IMG/VR virus record: IMGVR_UViG_3300032132_000754
Location: 1-40,116 of that record
From: a virus
Length of the DNA: 40,116 nt
Reading direction: 5' to 3' (one strand)
A program made the position numbers and the translations under genes. Below, piece by piece: positions 27,313-33,764 of the stretch (position 1 is its first letter; each line of letters begins with the position of its first letter). Under the pieces are notes generated by a model. It had not been told where the DNA came from, made no database searches, and saw nothing but the letters and a program-made list of their open reading frames with translations.

Positions 27313-28547
27313 TATACAGTTTGCGCATTCGCATTATAGTCAATTCTGTAGAGATATAGGTCAGTTGTCCAGTTCTTTCTTGTGACTTTGTGATGAAAAC
27401 CATATATGATCCAACGGCCCGCCAAGAAGAAATCTTGATCCTCTGGGTCTTTCCAATTTATATTTAGGGTAGAAACCCCCAATTTTGTTGGGTCATCAAA
27501 CTGTTTATCTCCAGTAATTCCCACCCTTACACGCATAACCATCGGAAGCATGTTCAGATAAAGACTTCTAGCACGCCCACCAAGATAGTCCTCATATTTT
27601 ACACCGATTTCGCCAGCGCTATGCTCCGGAATTCCATTGATGGACGTAGCCCATTTGCATTGTGGTTTGCTAAATCCTTTTTTAGGGTCAATTCTAGTAT
27701 TAATCTTGTTTCCGGTATTCTCGTCGTTAATTTCTACTTTATCTTTATCTGTTTTCTTGTCAATGAACTTACCAGAAATGGTAGAAATCCCTTGAGTAAC
27801 AACGCTATTTTGATAAACCGATAAGAAGTTGTTTGTTAATAGAGTATAATGCTCGATATCGTTAAGTTTTTTGTTATTAAAACTTACGTTATAATTTCCG
27901 AAATGTTTTTTATTAGATTTTAAATCGGCCTGTTCTTTAATGATAAGTTCTTTATCCTTAGAAACAGAAATCCATTGTGTTTTGTCTGGGGTTAAATTAG
28001 CTGACCAGTCTAGCATTGATTGGATGAAGCTCTTAGGATCTTGACGCATCATGGGCCATAATCCTTTTTTGTCATCTTGGGTTTCAGTTACTTGGACGCT
28101 AATACCTGGAGCATAATCGCTTATTACTTGTTTAATAACCTTAGTGATATTTCCTTCGTATACTTTACCATCGCCATCGCCAGCATTAAGACACCAGGTA
28201 GCAGGATCTACAGCTACGAAATCGAACTGTGCGTGATGCATTTTGCCATATTGATCGAGATCGCTAATATAAGCAATTCTTTCTTCCGTTTCTAGATCTG
28301 GATCTCCTTTCCATCCTATCTTGAATTTAACTTCTGTTGGGCCTTGGCGAGCTTGGGCCAAATATTGCTCGCTAGTCGCAAAATCTCTCAAAATCCGGAA
28401 ATATGGGTCAGCTACTTTACAACGAACTACATAACCAGAATTAGTAAATGCTTTCCATTCAAATGCAACCATTTGGGCTAAACCAATTTCTTGGCCTCCG
28501 GCAATTGTCATCTTGACAAATGGTACTGCTCTGGATTTTGCTGGCAT
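27312..28547 (-). CDS. Baseplate hub protein (gp27 / P2 gpD-like)
   Basis: 411 aa; FKIGW, VYEGNITKVIKQVI, GDKQF, LAGRWIIYGFHHKV pattern of hub proteins. Confidence 0.7.
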   Translation of the reverse strand: MPAKSRAVPFVKMTIAGGQEIGLAQMVAFEWKAFTNSGYVVRCKVADPYFRILRDFATSEQYLAQARQGPTEVKFKIGWKGDPDLETEERIAYISDLDQYGKMHHAQFDFVAVDPATWCLNAGDGDGKVYEGNITKVIKQVISDYAPGISVQVTETQDDKKGLWPMMRQDPKSFIQSMLDWSANLTPDKTQWISVSKDKELIIKEQADLKSNKKHFGNYNVSFNNKKLNDIEHYTLLTNNFLSVYQNSVVTQGISTISGKFIDKKTDKDKVEINDENTGNKINTRIDPKKGFSKPQCKWATSINGIPEHSAGEIGVKYEDYLGGRARSLYLNMLPMVMRVRVGITGDKQFDDPTKLGVSTLNINWKDPEDQDFFLAGRWIIYGFHHKVTRKNWTTDLYLYRIDYNANAQTV

Positions 28548-28930
28548 TATTTATTCCAAGTCAAATCGAAGGCTGAACCAATAGACGCGGAGGCGCTTTG
28601 GTCATCCCCTGTATTTTTGGATTTTTTTAAACGATCAAAAAGTTTAGATGCCTCGATTTTTATGACAGAAGCGTTTGGATATCTGCGATGAAACCACCTG
28701 AGGCGTGCTTCCGCTTTCATTTCTTCAAGATCTTCTATTGAACCTTTAATTTGTTTAGTGTCCTTGATATCGGATTCTAAAATCCCGATCCAGTGTTCCT
28801 TGCCATAGCTATCAAGATATCCCACCTCAATTAGCTGCAGCCCACGCCCTGGCTTATATGTTTTAATAGACTCGCCGAATTGTATAAGCGTATTTCTTTG
28901 AAAGTTTATTGTTACCACACGTAATTTCAT
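28547..28930 (-). CDS. Hypothetical protein
   Basis: 127 aa, coupled to the hub gene by TAATG overlap. Confidence 0.65.
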   Translation of the reverse strand: MKLRVVTINFQRNTLIQFGESIKTYKPGRGLQLIEVGYLDSYGKEHWIGILESDIKDTKQIKGSIEDLEEMKAEARLRWFHRRYPNASVIKIEASKLFDRLKKSKNTGDDQSASASIGSAFDLTWNK

Positions 28931-28933
28931 ATA

Positions 28934-28941
28934 TGTATTTA
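28934..28941 (-). promoter_or_regulatory. Putative late promoter variant TAAATACA, 3 nt before ATG
   Basis: Lies in the 27-nt divergent gap, which must hold the promoter of the hub-TMP unit unless it is inside the primase gene. Confidence 0.45.
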
Positions 28942-28942
28942 C

Positions 28943-28950
28943 TAGTATTT
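28943..28950 (+). promoter_or_regulatory. TAGTATTT motif 7 nt before the primase ATG
   Basis: Same motif and spacing as at the helicase. Confidence 0.4.
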
Positions 28951-28957
28951 CATAAAA

Positions 28958-30001
28958 ATGGCTCTAGTCCAACTTACACAAGAACAAATTGAGAGCTGGG
29001 TAGCCAGGCATTTCGATTATAAAGCTAGGCGAAACGGTGATGAGTTATTAATTTGTAATCCATTCCTACCAGGGGATGATACATACAAATTCAATATTTC
29101 AACTGTCTTGAAAGCATCAAAAAAAGGAAAATATTCCAATTATTGGGTTCATGACTGGCGTCCGCACGCGCAACAGTACAACGGGTCTTTCCTTAAATTT
29201 GTGCAACGCTACAAAGGATGCACATGGAAGGAAGCCGTCAAAGACGTCTGCGGAGATGGAATTAACCTAAAAGCAATTCTTGCTCAACATAGAGGACGCC
29301 CCAGAGAAGTTAAGGAAGTTCGAGAAGACACAAAATATGTAGTTCTTCCAGATAACGCTGTTCCTATTACAGACGAAAAATATGCCATGGCTAGAAAGTT
29401 TACTATAAATTATCTAGCTTCTAGAGGCATTAATTACGCAGATGCAGTTTCATTCAGAGTCCATTATACTCCCACAATGGTAGTATTCCCATACTTAGAA
29501 TATGATGAAACTGTTTATTGGCAAGGAAGAGCGTTAATTTCTAAAGATTTCTTGTTCCCAGATGATACACAAAGTTCCCGTGGAAAATCCCATTTCTTGT
29601 TCGGATTCGACAATGCGGAAGTAAGACAGCCTCTAATCATAACCGAAGCGATCTTCGACGCACTAACGATTGGGCCAGGTGGTGCAGCTTCGGGCGGTGC
29701 CGATTTAGTGCACGACCAACTTAGGAAAATTAGGATGATAAATCCATCCTATATTGTGTTAGCTCCGGATAATGACGAAGCCGGTTTAGCATCGCTTTAT
29801 AATAATTGGAAACTATTAAGCCCGTATTATAAGGTCTATTTTGTCTTACCCCCAGCGCCATATAAAGACTGGAACGACCATGTCCGCAATGCAGATAATA
29901 AAAAGAAGAAACTGAAAGAAATTCGAAAATTTATTTCGAATAACAAAAAGCTATTGACTATGGCGGATGCTGTTAGGCTAAGATTAAAACGCTCTATCTA
30001 A
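28958..30001 (+). CDS. DNA primase (DnaG/gp61-like, TOPRIM)
   Basis: YLASRGI, YWQGRA, ITEAIFDAL, LAPDNDEAG, YKDWND. Confidence 0.9.
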   Translation: MALVQLTQEQIESWVARHFDYKARRNGDELLICNPFLPGDDTYKFNISTVLKASKKGKYSNYWVHDWRPHAQQYNGSFLKFVQRYKGCTWKEAVKDVCGDGINLKAILAQHRGRPREVKEVREDTKYVVLPDNAVPITDEKYAMARKFTINYLASRGINYADAVSFRVHYTPTMVVFPYLEYDETVYWQGRALISKDFLFPDDTQSSRGKSHFLFGFDNAEVRQPLIITEAIFDALTIGPGGAASGGADLVHDQLRKIRMINPSYIVLAPDNDEAGLASLYNNWKLLSPYYKVYFVLPPAPYKDWNDHVRNADNKKKKLKEIRKFISNNKKLLTMADAVRLRLKRSI

Positions 30002-30199
30002 ATGTGCGTATTGAGACATGTCGCCGTATTTCTGGTCTGGACCACGATCTGGCATTGATTGGGACACGTCGAAAAGATTGGCGTCATGAGCTTTAGTCAT
30101 TTCTGACCGCTGTTCTTCTTCCTCTTCTTGACGTTTACGTTTTTTGTGTTTCTTATCGAGAGCCCTTTTAAGACTCTTATTGATCAGATCCAGTTTCAT
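29984..30199 (-). CDS. Small hypothetical protein
   Basis: 71 aa, basic then acidic; overlaps upstream gene and the primase 3' end. Confidence 0.55.
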   Translation of the reverse strand: MKLDLINKSLKRALDKKHKKRKRQEEEEEQRSEMTKAHDANLFDVSQSMPDRGPDQKYGDMSQYAHLDRAF

Positions 30200-30626
30200 C
30201 GTCCATCTCCGCCGCTAACTTTTCGATGGGGTCGTCTGGGTCGGCTCCATCGTTTTGAGATTCGGGATTGCCATCTCCTTTACGAGTAGACCCATACTCG
30301 TCGGATTTAGCACGTCTAGCCTTACTAGGTGTAACATCACCCTCGGTTCTAGGATTGTTGCGGCCCAGAGCACCAACTGGTTTAATTTCACCAACAGCTT
30401 CTCGCTCTTTGATGATACGAATGATTCTATCTTCTACATTTTCCATAACAAAATCAGAGTTCTGCCTATTTCCACTGCGCCGACCATCTGATGGGACCTT
30501 CACTTTAGCAAGCGGTATTTGGCCCCAAACATCGTCTTCTTTGTCTTCTTCAGTCTCATCTAAGTCAAGGGCTTCCTCAACCTCATCGACAAGTTCTTTA
30601 TATTCTTTTCTGCTTTCGAAAATCAT
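30177..30626 (-). CDS. Acidic disordered hypothetical protein
   Basis: 149 aa; ATGA overlap with upstream gene. Confidence 0.7.
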   Translation of the reverse strand: MIFESRKEYKELVDEVEEALDLDETEEDKEDDVWGQIPLAKVKVPSDGRRSGNRQNSDFVMENVEDRIIRIIKEREAVGEIKPVGALGRNNPRTEGDVTPSKARRAKSDEYGSTRKGDGNPESQNDGADPDDPIEKLAAEMDDETGSDQ

Positions 30627-31381
30627 TGCACTATAAAACTAAATGGTTGGCTAATAATAGTTTGTCCACTGATATTTACTTTAATAGTATATCGATATAT
30701 TCCTCTTAAGAATGACCTAGTATCAATGGGGCACTTTACTACAAATGGTGAATTTCTACTATGACCCTGTCTAGTGCCAATATAGCATGGAGCGTCACGT
30801 ATGATCAATTCGTCCTTTGCAGTTCTAATGTCAATGGTCGGCTTTAATTGTGGAATGATCGGAGCCAGTTTGTTAAAATCGTACTCGTACATCGGCAATG
30901 GATGAATCGCAACTTCAATAGTTCTAATTTCACCGCGACGTAACTTCTTATCAAGTGGTTCAAAACCAAGTCTTTTGGTTTGTAATTCGTCATCGACGAT
31001 CCAAGCATCGTCGTATAGCCAAAACATACCAGACTGTGTTATCCATTGACTTTCATCATCTACTCCTGCGCTGCCTGGATCTTTACCGAGGAAGCTCCAA
31101 AAATCGAAATAGATGTCACAAGGAACTAAATTATCAGGTGCATCAAATAACACACTAAATTGTCCGATACCCATTTCTACTGCTGGGAAAGGATAAGATG
31201 TGTCTGTTGGGTCTAAGAATGGTATTGAAGCTACTAAATTACCAGGTCTTGGAGAATCCCTATAAATATCGACTTTGCGAATCGCATATGGCGATTCTAA
31301 TGAACCATTGCGATAAAAGCTCATATTTAAGCTGATTACTTCGCCGATTCTACCGGCAACTCTTGGATAAGGTAAGTTCAC
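30623..31381 (-). CDS. Hypothetical beta-rich (Ig-like?) virion protein
   Basis: 252 aa, GTG start 4 nt after the promoter motif; beta-strand pattern such as GQFSVLF..YFDFW and GIYRYTIKV. Confidence 0.65.
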   Translation of the reverse strand: MNLPYPRVAGRIGEVISLNMSFYRNGSLESPYAIRKVDIYRDSPRPGNLVASIPFLDPTDTSYPFPAVEMGIGQFSVLFDAPDNLVPCDIYFDFWSFLGKDPGSAGVDDESQWITQSGMFWLYDDAWIVDDELQTKRLGFEPLDKKLRRGEIRTIEVAIHPLPMYEYDFNKLAPIIPQLKPTIDIRTAKDELIIRDAPCYIGTRQGHSRNSPFVVKCPIDTRSFLRGIYRYTIKVNISGQTIISQPFSFIVQ

Positions 31382-31402
31382 AATCTATATTTGTTATAGA
31401 TT
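31382..31402 (-). promoter_or_regulatory. Late promoter CAAATATA (31393-31386) within a perfect 8-bp hairpin, 4 nt before GTG
   Basis: AATCTATA-ACAAA-TATAGATT-GTG. Confidence 0.6.
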
Positions 31403-31591
31403 TCGAGAACCCTTAGTGTTCTTCTTCATCCGGTCGTTTTCTTCTTCGATCCGGTTGATCCACCATTTGCGTTCTTCAGCAGTCATTTCCCCAGATTCAT
31501 CAAAACTTACGCCTTTAGATTTTAGGATATACTGCTGCCACATGCAATGATCCCACTCATTCTCTATGTCTCTGCCGCTTTTCAGGACGAA
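31394..31591 (-). CDS. Unannotated ORF in the +1 frame (gp51-like small chaperone / frameshift extension)
   Basis: Open frame FVLKSGRDIENEWDHCMWQQYILKSKGVSFDESGEMTAEERKWWINRIEEENDRMKKNTKGSRNL*; own ATG at 31543 gives 49 aa; M-T-x-x-E-R-x-W pattern typical of small tail chaperones. Confidence 0.75.
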   Translation of the reverse strand, partial: FVLKSGRDIENEWDHCMWQQYILKSKGVSFDESGEMTAEERKWWINRIEEENDRMKKNTKGSRNL

Positions 31592-32537
31592 AAAACGACG
31601 CCGTTATGGGTAACGGCGTGATGATGCTGGTTGAACAGCGTGGGCAGTCTGTTTCTACTACAGTGTCAATACCCGGTGAGTTTGTTTTTAAGAAATTAAT
31701 AATTGCATTTACATCTTGAGAATGCAACATGTCTACAAGTTGTTTAATTTTAGAACGACTAGTTTCACCACCAGCTTCAACGATAATTTTATTAATATTT
31801 CGTTCCAATGTATCATCAAGAGACTCTCCAAAGTCTCTAACAACATCCTCTTTACTATTGCTGCGCCAATCTTTCTTTTTACGAGATCTGGCCTGACCTG
31901 GCAATCCATTGCTAGGTTTCACAGCTCCCAGCATTTCCATAGTATCATGTCCGCGTAGGAATCTAACTTTAACTATGAAGTCTTCTCCCAAACGGTCAGA
32001 CAATTCAGGGAGGACCACTGAAAACGGTTCTACTCCTAGTGCTTCGTTTGGTGGGGTAGCGTTTTCCCATAACTCATTGAAGTTATACTCATGCTCAGAA
32101 GTACGCTCACATTGTGGACATGTCAATAAAAATTCGTACTCATTTCCGTGAGTAATACCACGAAGATAATAAAGCAAGAATGATCTATCGTCATCTAACA
32201 AATCAATATGTTTAAATCCATTGGGAATTTTTACATATTTCTTAAAAATGTGTTCTAGTGCTTCGCCAGACCTAACCAACCGTTGAGTAGCCAATACTTT
32301 ATCAGCATATAGACCCATAGGTTTTACTTCCACAACGCCGCCAGGGACCTGGCCGTCATAGTAAAGACCCTTACTGGGTAAGATAATCTCCTCCCATGGG
32401 AAAAAATCATCTTCTTTTTTCTTAAGAACTCGATCTAAAACTGACTCTTTGCGCACAGGCTTAGCCTCGGCTGCAGTTTCCATCTCTTGTTGAAGATCTG
32501 GTGAAAGGTTTGGTTCTGACATTTGGTCTTGAGACAT
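31557..32537 (-). CDS. Baseplate hub / tail assembly chaperone (T4 gp26/gp51-like)
   Basis: LPSKGLYY, FLLYYLRGITHG, TCPQC and DCPRC zinc motifs, C-terminal SFFRP; directly after the tail tube genes. Confidence 0.82.
   Translation of the reverse strand: MSQDQMSEPNLSPDLQQEMETAAEAKPVRKESVLDRVLKKKEDDFFPWEEIILPSKGLYYDGQVPGGVVEVKPMGLYADKVLATQRLVRSGEALEHIFKKYVKIPNGFKHIDLLDDDRSFLLYYLRGITHGNEYEFLLTCPQCERTSEHEYNFNELWENATPPNEALGVEPFSVVLPELSDRLGEDFIVKVRFLRGHDTMEMLGAVKPSNGLPGQARSRKKKDWRSNSKEDVVRDFGESLDDTLERNINKIIVEAGGETSRSKIKQLVDMLHSQDVNAIINFLKTNSPGIDTVVETDCPRCSTSIITPLPITASFFRPEKRQRHRE
31587..31619 (-). other. Candidate recoding signal: 9-bp hairpin followed by TTT TTT CGT
   Basis: ACGCCGTTA-CCCA-TAACGGCGT-CG-TTTTTT-CGT; the +1 frame is open for 65 codons. 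Confidence 0.55.
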
Positions 32538-32578
32538 TTTGTACCTCTACTAACTATTTACGTGTTTGTAAATTACAG

Positions 32579-33187
32579 TTAACGAGGAATTAATCCACCG
32601 ACACGTCTAGCACCACCGACAGAACGAGTATTCCCATTTCCACCCCTAGATGGTTGAGGAGAGAAAAATTCAACTTCTGCAAAATCATAAGAGAATGTAA
32701 CAGTTAAAATTTTAACTTCTGAGCTTGTATAACTCATTTCACCATGATTAATCAACTTTGGATATGCGCCTTTAAGACGATATTCTTGGACTTTACCACC
32801 ATCACCAGCCAGCAATCGGAATTTTGGATCGCCTTTGTATCCAGATGGGACCTTAATACCTTCTTCTGGAGTCCAAATGGCGTCTTGCCATTTATTAAAT
32901 AAATCGAAAAGGCCGTGGACATCGTAAAATTTTACAACAACGTCTTGCCAATCTGCACGTTTGGCAATCTTATAATAACTATTGCCACCCTTGATCTTTT
33001 TTTCTTCGAAAGACAAAGATGGCAATTGGATAGACTGCGCGTACAATCTAAGTTTTTCTGTTGTACTAGTGCCACCAACAGCGGTAGGAATCCCTAGACT
33101 AGAAATGATCCAGCGATGAGCCCTATGAAATTCGACTGTGTTTCTAGGTTGATTAGGCTGAGAACCTCCGATATTAAAACCTGGCAT
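32579..33187 (-). CDS. Tail tube-like protein 2 (gp19-like)
   Basis: LPSLSFEE, WQDVVVKFYD, YRLKGAYP, MSYTSSEVKILTVTFSYD. Confidence 0.85.
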   Translation of the reverse strand: MPGFNIGGSQPNQPRNTVEFHRAHRWIISSLGIPTAVGGTSTTEKLRLYAQSIQLPSLSFEEKKIKGGNSYYKIAKRADWQDVVVKFYDVHGLFDLFNKWQDAIWTPEEGIKVPSGYKGDPKFRLLAGDGGKVQEYRLKGAYPKLINHGEMSYTSSEVKILTVTFSYDFAEVEFFSPQPSRGGNGNTRSVGGARRVGGLIPR

Positions 33188-33198
33188 GTCGGCCTATC

Positions 33199-33738
33199 TT
33201 AAGCGCGCTTGGCTCGATCGAATTTCAGGCTTACCGTAATTTGTTGAATTTCCGAGCTACTATAATCAAGATCATTCCAATTAGAACTAATTGGCCACGC
33301 ACCAAACAAAGTCCAAGTTTCGTCAGGTTCACCAACATTACTAGTACATTCGATTGTGACATTAAGTTTATACGCACTTGGCAAATTGACATGGGCCTTT
33401 TCACTTAGTCCAACAACGCCATTCAAAATCCACTTATATAGAATCTCGCTTGTGTCTTTAACATTATCGCCTTTTACGGTGTCATAGAACGAAAGCTCAA
33501 TTGGATCCCATTTGTTTTTGCCAGCAAAGTAGGCTTCTTCCTGATCGTGGTGTACGACAGCTTCTTCAAACTTAAAACTTGGGCGTTGGGCTTTGGATAA
33601 ATATAGCCAATCCCTCTTGAGAAGACCCGTTTTGTCGTCCGATGACAGACGCCAACGGTGCTTACGACGAAATTCGGCTTTATTATTCTTGGTGAGTTCT
33701 TTTCCACCAGAAGCTTTATCAATTGAAAAACCAGGCAT
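33199..33738 (-). CDS. gp19: Tail tube protein (gp19-like)
   Basis: RPSFKFEE, FAGKNKWDPIELSFYD, ETWTLFGAWP, LDYSSSEIQQITVSLKFD; follows the sheath gene. Confidence 0.9.
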   Translation of the reverse strand: MPGFSIDKASGGKELTKNNKAEFRRKHRWRLSSDDKTGLLKRDWLYLSKAQRPSFKFEEAVVHHDQEEAYFAGKNKWDPIELSFYDTVKGDNVKDTSEILYKWILNGVVGLSEKAHVNLPSAYKLNVTIECTSNVGEPDETWTLFGAWPISSNWNDLDYSSSEIQQITVSLKFDRAKRA

Positions 33739-33751
33739 TTTATTCTTCCTC

Positions 33752-33759
33752 TATATCTT
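33752..33759 (-). promoter_or_regulatory. Putative late promoter AAGATATA (tail tube)
   Basis: AAAGATATAGAG also found upstream of the sheath gene. Confidence 0.55.
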
Positions 33760-33764
33760 TAACT

